NCBI GenBank assembly: GCA_964550945.1
Contig: CAZKBD010000004.1
Location: 1 to 47,973, forward strand
Length of the DNA stretch: 47,973 bases
Origin: an uncultured Methanosarcinales archaeon
GTDB lineage: Archaea; Nanobdellota; Nanobdellia; Woesearchaeales; CAZKBD01
Reading direction: 5' to 3'
Each line of letters starts with the position of its first letter. Within the stretch, counting starts at the first letter, position 1. The translations under genes were made by a program, and so were the position numbers. Under the pieces are notes generated by a model. It saw only the letters and a program-made list of their open reading frames with translations. It did not search any database and was not told the origin of the DNA. Below are positions 1 to 9,174 of this stretch, in pieces.

Positions 1-48
1 ATATACATCAAAAATCAGGGGGTGCTTACAGAGGAGAAACGCAAAAGT

Positions 49-1152
49 TTACGGTAGGAATTTCTCTGTGTGTTTGATTTTATCAGGCAAGTACTTCTCT
101 ATAACATAATTTAATCCCCACTTAGCTAAGGCTTGTTGTTCAGCTCTTGCCTTCATATCATACATTTGTTTCAGTGCTTTCTGCCATTCTTTATAATGCA
201 GTATAAAAGGATCGTTTTTCAATAAATCTTTGATCTTCTTCAGATCGACTTCTTTTAACGGATGGGTAGGCAGCTTGTAGTCTATAATATCCTGAGGAGT
301 TACTCCTAAAAACTTAGCCTGAGGAACGCAAAAAAATCTGTTTATGTGGGCTGCGTTGCCAGAACCAACTTTAAGTGTCCGGTATATTGAGCCAAACCCA
401 TATGGATCACCGTCTGTAAACACATAAACCGGCAGTTTCTTTGCATCACTCAATCTTCTGATAAACCTTCTGCAAGCCCTGGTTGGAACGCCTCCCATTG
501 AAATCAATATGCAGTTAGCAGTTTTCCAGTATTTGTGTTTTACCAAGCGCTGGAACATACCTGCTGTTTCTATTGCAAGAATAAATTTTGCATCTGTCTC
601 AAATTTGAGATGCTCTAAGGATATAGGGATTGAGTAAGCGCCAGAGCCGAACTTTGTGCAATCTATCCTTAATTCCTTTTTTGTTTCTGTATCCTGGTCA
701 ATAACAATTAACTTGCCAGCAACCTCTCCTCCTTTTTCTTCTGGGATAAAGCCAAGCTGCTCCCTGTTTACCATCATCATTGCTTCAACATCGTCCATAA
801 CAGCATCAGAATCCGGCTGCTGATTGAACATTGCTTCCTTCCAGTTTTTTGAAACGTAATATGCTTCTCTTTTTGTTGCAATATCATCCTGCTCAACCAA
901 TTCCTTTGAAAGGGCCATCATCCTTAATGTTTGGGCAAATGTTTTTATTGTGCCTACTGTTAATGTCCTATTCTTTTTCTTGCCGGTTATTTCAAAATAT
1001 CCCTCTTTTTCATCATATTTGACATTAGACAAAGCTCTTAGTGGCATATCCAATTCAGGAGCCCTCTTTTTGGTTATATCTTTGTAAACATCCTCAGCTT
1101 TTTCTTTTATCAATTCTGCAACTTTACTCTTCATTTTTCTCCCCTGCCTCAT
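49..1152 (-). CDS. top6A: DNA topoisomerase VI subunit A (Spo11-type)
   Basis: 367-aa ORF. Catalytic-Tyr region REAYYVSKNW and Toprim acidic motifs ILAIETAGMF and VFTDGDPYGF. Its 5' end overlaps the stop of the top6B ORF, so they form an operon. The real start may be M7 at 1134. Confidence 0.9.
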   Translation of the reverse strand: MRQGRKMKSKVAELIKEKAEDVYKDITKKRAPELDMPLRALSNVKYDEKEGYFEITGKKKNRTLTVGTIKTFAQTLRMMALSKELVEQDDIATKREAYYVSKNWKEAMFNQQPDSDAVMDDVEAMMMVNREQLGFIPEEKGGEVAGKLIVIDQDTETKKELRIDCTKFGSGAYSIPISLEHLKFETDAKFILAIETAGMFQRLVKHKYWKTANCILISMGGVPTRACRRFIRRLSDAKKLPVYVFTDGDPYGFGSIYRTLKVGSGNAAHINRFFCVPQAKFLGVTPQDIIDYKLPTHPLKEVDLKKIKDLLKNDPFILHYKEWQKALKQMYDMKARAEQQALAKWGLNYVIEKYLPDKIKHTEKFLP

Positions 1153-4100
1153 CTAATGTTGTTTGTTCTTCTTTTCCAATATTTGCAAAATCCTCATCAT
1201 AGTCCGGATTATCTATTTCGATATTTTCCAGTTTTCCTCTTTTTTTCTCCAATATCTCTTTTAGTAATTTTTTTACTTTTTCTTCATCTGCCTGATTATA
1301 ACCGACAAGCTCCTTCAGAGCTTCAGCAACATGAGGTATGTATGTTTCAATATATCCTCTTTTTGCCCCCTCCATCTGTATTTTTCGTTTCTTATGGATG
1401 AATATTGACAGTTTTCTCCCAATTTCCTGCAATGCCAATTTTGTCTCTTTTATGATTTCAGGATAATGGGCAATCGCTTCCTTGCTTTCAGAAGTGAATG
1501 GAACCCATACCGAGGCTATATGCGCAACTAATGTCAATGGGCCAGCTGGCAATGAAGACTGGCTTTGGCTTAGCCCATATGGCCGCCAGCTTGTTGAGCT
1601 TATTGATTTGGTAATTGCGCAAGCGCCTTGCTGGTATAGCAAAGGGACTCTGTTTGCATATCTCAAGATGTTTATTGTCTCTTCTGAACTTTGCTCGCCG
1701 CCATAAGCGCAGCCAACTTCTATGATAAAAGGATTCCCTCTGTAAACAGATGGCGACCTTGTAGCTGCGCAATAAAATTCAGCATTAATCTCTTTTCTTA
1801 GCCCTTTTTCCAAAAGCTCTTCACCTATAGGGGTTATGCAATCGGTTGGCGGGGCTATAATCTTTGTTTTTTGTATGCCTTGGATCAATTTTTCTGCCAC
1901 ATCTCTATTGATATCTTGGGGTTTTGTATTTGGCAATACAGCTGCATTTTCACATATCTGTTTTGCAGTCCCTGATCCGACTCTTGAAAACTCGTTTGTT
2001 AAGAATGATTGTAATGTGCGGGCTTCTGTAAATTTCAGCATCTGGATTAACACGCCTAACTCAACACCATACGGATGTGGCTTTATCTCTACTGGTTTTT
2101 TTGGCAGCTGATCAGTTGCTCTTGCAAATATTATCTGTTCTGCTTTAGGATTTGTGTAAATGATTGTTGCGTGAGGATTTGTAATTGCTGTTTGTTTTAG
2201 GTATTGGTCTATGCTTTGGGAGCCTCCAAGATATGATCCTTCTAAATCAATCTCAACTTTAGTGCCGTGGTCTTTTTTCCATTCTACTTTCTCCTCTTTT
2301 ATGATATCCGGCTTGTTTTGCTGGGTGTCTATCCTTAATTCGTAATATTGCGCGTCGTGTTTCGGACTTATTCTTGATGTGATCTTTGCTGGCTTTCCAG
2401 TTGTTAGCTGCCCATAAAGAACAGATGCAGAAATCCCGATGCCCTGCTGGCCGCGTGAGTTATGGCAAGAGATTCCACCAAGGCCCCCTACAAAATTTTC
2501 GCATCCTGGCACTGACAAATCATATACATAATCATAGCCTTCATTAATAATCTCTATTTTTTTAATTTTAAGCAAAGATAACTCTGTTTTTAATAATTGC
2601 TGTGATATCCTCTTAGAAGCCGTAGATGTATTGCATACAAAGTAATTTGAGGTTTGAATATCTTTTCCATAAAGATTTATAGAGTAGCACAAAGTGGGAT
2701 TTTTCCCCAATCCCTTACTAACTCTTTTCTGTAGTGAAGCTAGAACCCCCTGTTCCAACCAGAGATACATAATTTCATTAGCTAATCTGCTGCTTGTTGT
2801 GTTCAACATCAATTGGTTCCTGCCTTTTGTGTTGTGCCCATCTCCACGGTACAAGGCATCAAGGAATTCTTGCCTTAAGAAGTTGTTAACCCTAAAAATA
2901 AATTCGGGGATATGCTTATTTTTAGCTCCTATGCCGCAAAGGTTTTTGATTAGTCTTGTGAATATATTCCCAAAGATATTGATCCTGATTGAGGTTTCTC
3001 TCTGCTGAACTGAGAAATTTAATCCGAATAGTTTTGCAAAACTTATAACTTCTTGTATAAGCTGATCCTCATGCTTACCGAAAGTCAAGCCAATATGTCT
3101 TTTGTCAGAGTGGCCTTCTGCAACAAAAAACCCTAAAAAGGCCACAAATTCTTTAGTTAAAGGTAAGGTAATTGGAAGTTGTGTTTCGTTTCCATGGTGA
3201 TATGTTTTGATTATGCCGTCCTTTACTTTATGATTCAAACCTAATTTGAGAACTAGGTGTAAGGGTAGGAAATTTTTAGATTCGTATTGTTTAAAACTAT
3301 CATCGAGTATGTCTATTCCATCAATGCGGTAGAATCGTCTGCTTTTAGAGGTTGTTTTATGGATTATTGTTGATCTGCCCTTGATTTCTTTTAAAATTTC
3401 TTCTGGAATGTTGTACACATAAAACCAATTGCAGCGTATATCGTCTAAACTAATGTAGTCTAGGAGATTTATCTCTTTGATCATGTCTGGCTCAGGCAAC
3501 TTAGATGGGACAATTATCTTATCACCTTCTTTCAGATTTCTTGCCTCTGCCTCTTTTACCGCACCATTCTCTACTGTGAATAGGCTGTGACAACCCGTTA
3601 CTTTTATAACACGATTTGTGGCGGCAGTTACTTTAATAATTTCGTTTTGGCGTTTGTGCCTTATTAAGTGGCTTACTTTCCTGAATTTATATGAGCAATC
3701 TTGTTTATCAAATGCAGGCAACTCAATATCGAGGTCATTTACTTGTTTAGCTTCTTCATTATTATTTAAATAAGGATCCACTAGGCTGCCTATTTTCACT
3801 ATTTCTATTTTTTGATCTTTTTTAATCAGGATGGGCTCATCTCCGGTCAGAGATTGTGAAAGCTTGAAGAATTTTGAGCCATAGAGCAGCCTTGCAAAAA
3901 CATGAGGTATCTGTTTTTTTACTATTCCCGGGCCATTATCTTCCACAATAACCCGAAATCTGTCGTTCTGCATATCAATTACTTCAATGTTGATTTCAGG
4001 CAGGATATTTCCTTCTTCGCAAGCGTCAAGAGAATTATCAACAGCTTCCTTTATAGTTGTCATTAAGGCTTTTCTTTTATTGTCAAACCCAAGAAGATGC

Positions 4101-4192
4101 CTGTTTCTGGCAAAAAATTCTGCAACCCCGATTTCACGCTGCTTTTTTGCTAACTCAAACGCTATTGGAACCTCTTCAGGCATGGGTTTCAC
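1124..4192 (-). CDS. top6B: DNA topoisomerase VI subunit B, interrupted by an in-frame intein
   Basis: GHKL/Bergerat motifs VDNSLDACEE (N box) and VEDNGPGI (G1). The G2/ATP-lid is split as ...GSKFFKLSQ | 465-aa insert | SRGQQGIGISA. The ORF is 1022 aa, about 557 aa once the insert is removed. Confidence 0.9.
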   Translation of the reverse strand: MKPMPEEVPIAFELAKKQREIGVAEFFARNRHLLGFDNKRKALMTTIKEAVDNSLDACEEGNILPEINIEVIDMQNDRFRVIVEDNGPGIVKKQIPHVFARLLYGSKFFKLSQSLTGDEPILIKKDQKIEIVKIGSLVDPYLNNNEEAKQVNDLDIELPAFDKQDCSYKFRKVSHLIRHKRQNEIIKVTAATNRVIKVTGCHSLFTVENGAVKEAEARNLKEGDKIIVPSKLPEPDMIKEINLLDYISLDDIRCNWFYVYNIPEEILKEIKGRSTIIHKTTSKSRRFYRIDGIDILDDSFKQYESKNFLPLHLVLKLGLNHKVKDGIIKTYHHGNETQLPITLPLTKEFVAFLGFFVAEGHSDKRHIGLTFGKHEDQLIQEVISFAKLFGLNFSVQQRETSIRINIFGNIFTRLIKNLCGIGAKNKHIPEFIFRVNNFLRQEFLDALYRGDGHNTKGRNQLMLNTTSSRLANEIMYLWLEQGVLASLQKRVSKGLGKNPTLCYSINLYGKDIQTSNYFVCNTSTASKRISQQLLKTELSLLKIKKIEIINEGYDYVYDLSVPGCENFVGGLGGISCHNSRGQQGIGISASVLYGQLTTGKPAKITSRISPKHDAQYYELRIDTQQNKPDIIKEEKVEWKKDHGTKVEIDLEGSYLGGSQSIDQYLKQTAITNPHATIIYTNPKAEQIIFARATDQLPKKPVEIKPHPYGVELGVLIQMLKFTEARTLQSFLTNEFSRVGSGTAKQICENAAVLPNTKPQDINRDVAEKLIQGIQKTKIIAPPTDCITPIGEELLEKGLRKEINAEFYCAATRSPSVYRGNPFIIEVGCAYGGEQSSEETINILRYANRVPLLYQQGACAITKSISSTSWRPYGLSQSQSSLPAGPLTLVAHIASVWVPFTSESKEAIAHYPEIIKETKLALQEIGRKLSIFIHKKRKIQMEGAKRGYIETYIPHVAEALKELVGYNQADEEKVKKLLKEILEKKRGKLENIEIDNPDYDEDFANIGKEEQTTLDEAGEKNEE
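2459..3853 (-). mobile_element. Top6B intein (465 aa) with LAGLIDADG homing-endonuclease domain
   Basis: Covers aa 114-578 of the ORF. Starts SLTGDEPIL (Ser1) and has block B-like VTGCHSLF. Two LAGLIDADG motifs: FLGFFVAEGHS and FLDALYRGDGHN. Ends YVYDLSVPGCENFVGGLGGISCHN followed by +1 Ser. The flanks join to KLSQ-SRGQQGIG, the expected GxxGxG lid. Confidence 0.85.
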
Positions 4193-4745
4193 CTATCAAC
4201 CTCATTTTGTTAATTTCTCTACGCTTTTTTTCCAACCATTTATAAACATTTGCATGAGTTGATCCCCTAAGCAGGCTTTCAATAGCTTGTTTTGCTATCA
4301 GAGCAGTCTCTGGCTCTGAAATGATTGAGATTGTTTTTCCATAAACAGAGATATATGATTCTGTTAGCTCTTCTATCAATTTTCGGGATTTTCCTTCCCT
4401 CCCTATGACCCTTCCTTTTAATCTTATTTCGCTGTCTTTTGATTTTGAGAAATCTGCCATATTGACAATTTCAAAACAATAATCCGGCTTAAGCAATAGC
4501 TGGGCCAGGTTTGGATTAAAGCCGCGGCCAATTGCTTTTATTACTTCCCTGGCATTGTATAGCCCTAAAGCATCTTTTCCTGAAACAAAAATATCTCCTT
4601 CTTTTGAATCAACCTGGATTTTTGTTTTTGTAGATTCCTCTATCTCTTTCTTTGTCTGCCCTTCTTTGCCTATGAGGACAGCAACCCTTTCTTTAGGGAT
4701 CTTAAGCTCGTACAGATATTCTTCAACCATGAAAAACCAAAACAA
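4176..4745 (-). CDS. Two-KH-domain RNA-binding protein (archaeal Dim2/Pno1-like)
   Basis: Two type-1 KH GxxG cores: VAVLIGKEGQTKKEIE and LKGRVIGREGKSRKLIEELT. The likely start is the second Met (MVEEYLYELKIP, 4730). Confidence 0.7.
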   Translation of the reverse strand: MFWFFMVEEYLYELKIPKERVAVLIGKEGQTKKEIEESTKTKIQVDSKEGDIFVSGKDALGLYNAREVIKAIGRGFNPNLAQLLLKPDYCFEIVNMADFSKSKDSEIRLKGRVIGREGKSRKLIEELTESYISVYGKTISIISEPETALIAKQAIESLLRGSTHANVYKWLEKKRREINKMRLIGETHA

Positions 4746-4792
4746 GAGCTTATTTTTAAGCTTTGTTGTTTATAATGGTTTTAATAAAAAGG

Positions 4793-4800
4793 TTTATATA
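4793..4800 (+). promoter_or_regulatory. TATA box (TTTATATA) for the 4823 gene, leaderless spacing
   Basis: TTTATATA is preceded by A-rich BRE-like AAAAAGG. The box ends 23 nt before the ATG at 4823. Confidence 0.5.
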
Positions 4801-4822
4801 ATTTGAGGGCGTTAATTGTGGT

Positions 4823-5866
4823 ATGAAAGTAAAAAAGAGGATTTTATACGTAGTTCTATTTTGTTTGATATCAACTTTAGCAGCTGCTCAGGATACTGGA
4901 ATTGGCGCTTTTGAAAATAAGTCTGTAATTTTGCCTCCAGGGCCTCCAGAGGAGCCGTCTAAATTCAGCAGTTTTTTTGAATTAAAGGACTATAGCAGCA
5001 AAGAATTGATCAAGGATATTCATGTGTATATCGCAATCACCAATCTAGATGATAACATTGGTACAAGCACTCTAAAATATATTGATGAAAGAGGGGTTTT
5101 GGAATTAATGCTGGGTCCTGGCGATTACAGGTTGGCTTTTAAGGTTGATGATTTAAAGACTTCAGGCAAGGATTATTTTTTTGAATCTGATTTTGAGGTG
5201 TCTAAGGATACAAACCATACATTATTTTTGTTTCCTGTCGGCTCTTTAAGGGGTTTTGTCTATGATGGTGATAGGGCTGTTAATGGAGCCGAATTGAAAT
5301 TTAAATGCTCTGCTGGTTATGGGGAGTTTAATGGTGTGGAAACTGATTCATTTGGCTCTTTTTCTAATGAATGGCTGCCTGTTGGATTGTGCAGGGTTTC
5401 AGCTGAATACAATAAGAAAATGGGCTTTAAGGATGTTGAAATCAAAAAAGGGGAATTAGGAGATGCTGATATCCAGCTCAGCAAGAGCATAATCTCCAAA
5501 TCTTATGGTGGTTTTTTATTGCTGGCTTTGATTGTTGCTATTATCTTATTTTATTTTTATAAAACAAAAAGAAAAGAGAAGAAATCTGAAAAAGAAAACT
5601 TAAAAGAAAATGTAACTCAAGTTGAGCTAAGCTCTAGAACTAAAGATGTGTTAAACACTTTGAAAGAAAAAGAGAAAGAGGTTGTGAATTTTTTATTGGA
5701 GAATGATTATCATAGCACTCAAGCAAGGATAAGGAATAATACTGGAATCCCGAAGACTTCTTTGGCTAGGTTATTTGTTTCTTTAGAAGCGAAGAATATC
5801 ATAAATGTAGAGAAAATTGGAAAATTAAAGAAGATAAAGCTTACAGATTGGTTTCTTGGAAAGTAG
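4823..5866 (+). CDS. Membrane-anchored protein: signal peptide, extracellular beta-sandwich (carboxypeptidase-regulatory-like) region, one TM helix, cytoplasmic winged-HTH
   Basis: N-terminal hydrophobic leader ILYVVLFCLISTLAAAQ and TM segment GGFLLLALIVAIILFYFY followed by KTKRKEKK. C-terminal MarR/ArsR-like wHTH: EVVNFLLENDYHSTQARIRNNTGIPKTSLARLFVSLEAKNIINVEK. Confidence 0.5.
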   Translation: MKVKKRILYVVLFCLISTLAAAQDTGIGAFENKSVILPPGPPEEPSKFSSFFELKDYSSKELIKDIHVYIAITNLDDNIGTSTLKYIDERGVLELMLGPGDYRLAFKVDDLKTSGKDYFFESDFEVSKDTNHTLFLFPVGSLRGFVYDGDRAVNGAELKFKCSAGYGEFNGVETDSFGSFSNEWLPVGLCRVSAEYNKKMGFKDVEIKKGELGDADIQLSKSIISKSYGGFLLLALIVAIILFYFYKTKRKEKKSEKENLKENVTQVELSSRTKDVLNTLKEKEKEVVNFLLENDYHSTQARIRNNTGIPKTSLARLFVSLEAKNIINVEKIGKLKKIKLTDWFLGK

Positions 5867-6031
5867 GATATAGTTGTGCAATTGTGATTTTCAGCAGTTA
5901 ATAATAAAAAAATAATTAAATTATCAATAAATGCATAAAGTCAGAATATAAATGTCAGAAACTTTCCACTAATCTTTTACTAGCGGTTTAAAGACAATAT
6001 CCTTGGTTATATGAAAAGTTTCTGAGCATGC

Positions 6032-6110
6032 TCAAAAACCGCATATTAATCAAAAAAAGCTGATTGACGCTAACGATTCATACCCTCCATCTCTGATGGG
6101 CGGTTTTTGA
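6032..6110. other. Structured element: 11-bp closing helix with two inner hairpins (ncRNA candidate)
   Basis: TCAAAAACCGC (6032-6042) pairs perfectly with GCGGTTTTTGA (6100-6110). Inner hairpins are AATCA/TGATT and CCATC-tct-GATGG. The loop region contains CCCTCC. It lies in an 820-bp stretch with no ORF of 60 codons or more. Confidence 0.3.
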
Positions 6111-6469
6111 CAGAACAACATAGAATAAAAACAATCATGCGAAATTTGAAAATCAATGGTGGATTATTAACCAATGCAGTTAAAATCAAAGGTTAAGAAA
6201 TATTTTGAAAATAACAGCGTAAAAACAATCTTTTAATAACCAACTATAATAAAAATAATAAATTATTACCAGCTACTATCTAAGGTAGCACATACTTGGT
6301 GTAAGTGATGACTTATGCTCATTTTAGGGGGTTAGAAACATCTTATTTGGGCTATTATTTGAGCTTATTCCTGGCATTGGACTATAATTTAGCCTTTTCT
6401 TGTATAGGTGGTCCTCCCAAATTATTTAAATTAGCTTTGTTTTCTAGTTATTAGTGAATTTAAACATCA

Positions 6470-6513
6470 GCTCAAAAACCAAAATTGTGGATTAACCTCC
6501 CTTGGTTTTGAGC
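6470..6513 (+). other. Stem-loop sharing the GCTCAAAAACC arm with the 6032 element, in the leader of the 6706 gene
   Basis: GCTCAAAAACCAA ... TTGGTTTTGAGC (one bulged A). The loop carries GTGGATTAACCTCCC. A TATA-like TTATTTAAA lies at 6423-6431 upstream. Confidence 0.3.
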
Positions 6514-6705
6514 GAATGTTTAGATAACTTCAAATGAGATTGAAGCCAAAAGAGGGTTTATATGCAATATCAAACTTACAGGTGATAAAATGGAACTGCA
6601 AATGGAAGCAATTGAAATTCAAGAAAAAATAATCAAAGAAGCGAATAAGATAATTGAATTTGAAACGCTTGATAATAAACAAATATACCTATGGAGGAAC
6701 TAAAG

Positions 6706-9174
6706 ATGAACAAATTAAAAACAATTTTGATTTTGGTGGTTTTGTTGATGAGCAGCTTGGTTTATGGCCAAAGCAACACTCAAACTACCAACACAGAAGA
6801 AATAACATGTACAGACTCTGATGGCGGAAATGAGTATTATACAAGAGGCGTGATCAGGGGCGCTGATAATCTTTACGATAGGGATAGCTTCACTGATGTT
6901 TGTAATGGCAACAACCTTTATGAGGGCGGTTGCTTAAGCGGAACAAACGATTATCACCAGGAGCTGTATACTTGCCCGAATGGCTGCGAAGATGGCGCTT
7001 GTTTAAAGCCCAAGATATGCACAAAAGAGTATAACCCTGTTTGTGGAGAAGTGCAAGTTCAATGTATTACAGTTCCTTGCGACCCTGTAAGGCAGACTTT
7101 TGGCAATAAATGCATGCTTGAGGCTGCTGGTGCAAAATTCCTTTATTATGGGGAATGCAAACCTGAACCAGTGTGTGACTTAAAAGCTACAATGGAAGAA
7201 GGTAAAGAAAAGACTTACACGGTTAATGGGAAATCTTATGAGATTTTTGTTAGTATCATATCTAATATCGGAAGCATGTATGTAAAACTGACTATAAATG
7301 GTGAGGATATCGGCCCTCTTTACAGTGGATCTAGCTATACTCTTGCTGATGGAGCTAAAATAACAATTATCTCATTGATACCTAATGAAGCTGGTGATGT
7401 TACTCAAGATTTAGTTGAGTTTTGCTTTGATGGAGGTAGTGATGCAAAAGAATGCAAAGCTGTGTTTTCACATTGCAGCTGCTCTTATCAATGCATGGAA
7501 ATTGATCCGAATGAAGGAAGGGTTGACTGCGCAAGAGCATGCGATAGTTCTGAAGAGGAGGTATACATCCCCAGCTGCGGATATGTGGATGGCATTTGCA
7601 AGGATTTGAATGAAAAGCCCGCATGTAAATCATATAAGGACGCAAATGGCTGTACAGTCACTAAATGCGGTGATGGAACAGAAACAGTTGAATGTCCAGC
7701 TATTCCTTCTGGAAAGTATGTAACATTAGATGAGAAGTTTGGGTTGGTAGATGGCCAGAGCGCTAAAGTCACAGATTATGGTTATATGAAATTAACTTTG
7801 AATAATTGGATGTGCACTGGAGCTTGCGAAAATAACAATAACGAGCCTTGCGATGTTAGCTGCGCCATTTCATTAGAAGTTGATATGCCTAGCAAATGCG
7901 AATCGACAGCTTCTGAATCTGGATGCACAGGCACAGGAACTCAGATTACCTTATCCGAAGGCCAGAGCCAAGAGGCTTTTGGAGCTAAGATCAGCTACTT
8001 AGATAAGCAAGGGCAGGAAGCTATGTTAATTGTTCAAAAGCGAATTCCTTATCGAGAAGGGGTTGATATTGAGATCAGCCCATCAGAGCAAAGCATTAAT
8101 TATGGGGATAAGGCAGTTTATAAGATAATAGTAGCAGACAAGAGGCAAGAGTGCGAATCTGATAGGGAGTGCATACAGGAGCCCTACACCTATTTTATTG
8201 ATGTTCAGAACCTTCCGTTCTTAAAGGAGTATCCAAAACAGATAGAGCTTGATCCAGGAGAATCAAAAACAATAGAGCTGGTTGTAAGGCCCTATATTAT
8301 TGATGTTGAAGAAAATACAAATGAACGAGCAGTAAGTTCAAGCACCTCTGGTGGTGGAGGAAGTTCAGCAACAGGCTATGCAATAGCAAAGCCAACAAAA
8401 GTAAAGGAAACAAGCATAGAGAAAGCCAATATAGCCTCTAGCAAGAAATCAGAAGTTGCTAGGAGTATTGCTCCTTCAGCAGCAGAAAAACCTATTGAAG
8501 TTAAACAAAAAATTACTGGAGTTTATAGAACACACAAATTTAATGTGAGGGCCATGCAAAAGAATAATCCAAAAAACCAGGATATTGCTTATGGTATCTT
8601 AAGCATAAAACCAAAAGAGCCCCCTATAAATCCCCCAGAATTTCCAGGAGAGGATGTCAACATAAAGATTTACAAAGGCTGGAATCTGATAAGCCTGCCA
8701 GGCAAACTGATTAAATTTGAGAAGATCAGCTTGGATAAGAAATTAGTGGGCTTTGTTTACATCAAGGAGCAGCAAAGATATGTGAGTTTGAGTGAAGCTC
8801 AAAATATTTTAGGAGAAAAGTTCGGAGAGTATCTAGCTAGGAACTCATTTTGGGTGTATTCTTATGAGAACATTGAGCTAAAAGTAAAAGTAGACAGGGA
8901 AGTAAGCTACAATGATATAGAATTAAAAAAAGGCTGGAACCTCGTGCCGATCACAGAAGACATGTTAGGCGGCTACTTAAACGATATAAAAGGCGACTGT
9001 GAGTTTGAAAAACTTTACCTTTGGGATGCAGCAAGCCAGAGATGGGAGAAGATTGATGAAAGTTATCAATTTTCCGATAGGTTATTAAACTACGGATTCC
9101 TGATAAAAGTAAAAGAAGATTGCAGATTAGGCGGAGCTGTTATTGCATTAACCCCGCCTGCAATGCCTGAGTGA
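6706..9174 (+). CDS. Large secreted Cys-rich protein with a Kazal-like domain
   Basis: The tracked ORF starts at 6691. GGAGG lies 8 nt upstream of the ATG at 6706, which opens a classical signal peptide MNKLKTILILVVLLMSSLVYGQ. Also has a CTDSDGG...CPNGCEDGAC module, a Kazal-like CTKEYNPVCG...TFGNKC...GEC, and two C-terminal KGWNL(I/V) repeats. No C-terminal TM. Confidence 0.7.
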   Translation: MNKLKTILILVVLLMSSLVYGQSNTQTTNTEEITCTDSDGGNEYYTRGVIRGADNLYDRDSFTDVCNGNNLYEGGCLSGTNDYHQELYTCPNGCEDGACLKPKICTKEYNPVCGEVQVQCITVPCDPVRQTFGNKCMLEAAGAKFLYYGECKPEPVCDLKATMEEGKEKTYTVNGKSYEIFVSIISNIGSMYVKLTINGEDIGPLYSGSSYTLADGAKITIISLIPNEAGDVTQDLVEFCFDGGSDAKECKAVFSHCSCSYQCMEIDPNEGRVDCARACDSSEEEVYIPSCGYVDGICKDLNEKPACKSYKDANGCTVTKCGDGTETVECPAIPSGKYVTLDEKFGLVDGQSAKVTDYGYMKLTLNNWMCTGACENNNNEPCDVSCAISLEVDMPSKCESTASESGCTGTGTQITLSEGQSQEAFGAKISYLDKQGQEAMLIVQKRIPYREGVDIEISPSEQSINYGDKAVYKIIVADKRQECESDRECIQEPYTYFIDVQNLPFLKEYPKQIELDPGESKTIELVVRPYIIDVEENTNERAVSSSTSGGGGSSATGYAIAKPTKVKETSIEKANIASSKKSEVARSIAPSAAEKPIEVKQKITGVYRTHKFNVRAMQKNNPKNQDIAYGILSIKPKEPPINPPEFPGEDVNIKIYKGWNLISLPGKLIKFEKISLDKKLVGFVYIKEQQRYVSLSEAQNILGEKFGEYLARNSFWVYSYENIELKVKVDREVSYNDIELKKGWNLVPITEDMLGGYLNDIKGDCEFEKLYLWDAASQRWEKIDESYQFSDRLLNYGFLIKVKEDCRLGGAVIALTPPAMPE

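Noticed and set aside
6528-6545. Anticodon-arm-like hairpin CTTCAA-ATGAGA-TTGAAG that could mark a tRNA.
   Set aside because: The loop is 6 or 8 nt rather than 7. No acceptor, D-arm or T-arm (GTTCRANYC) can be built around it. No tRNA-like T-loop was seen in any spacer of the window.
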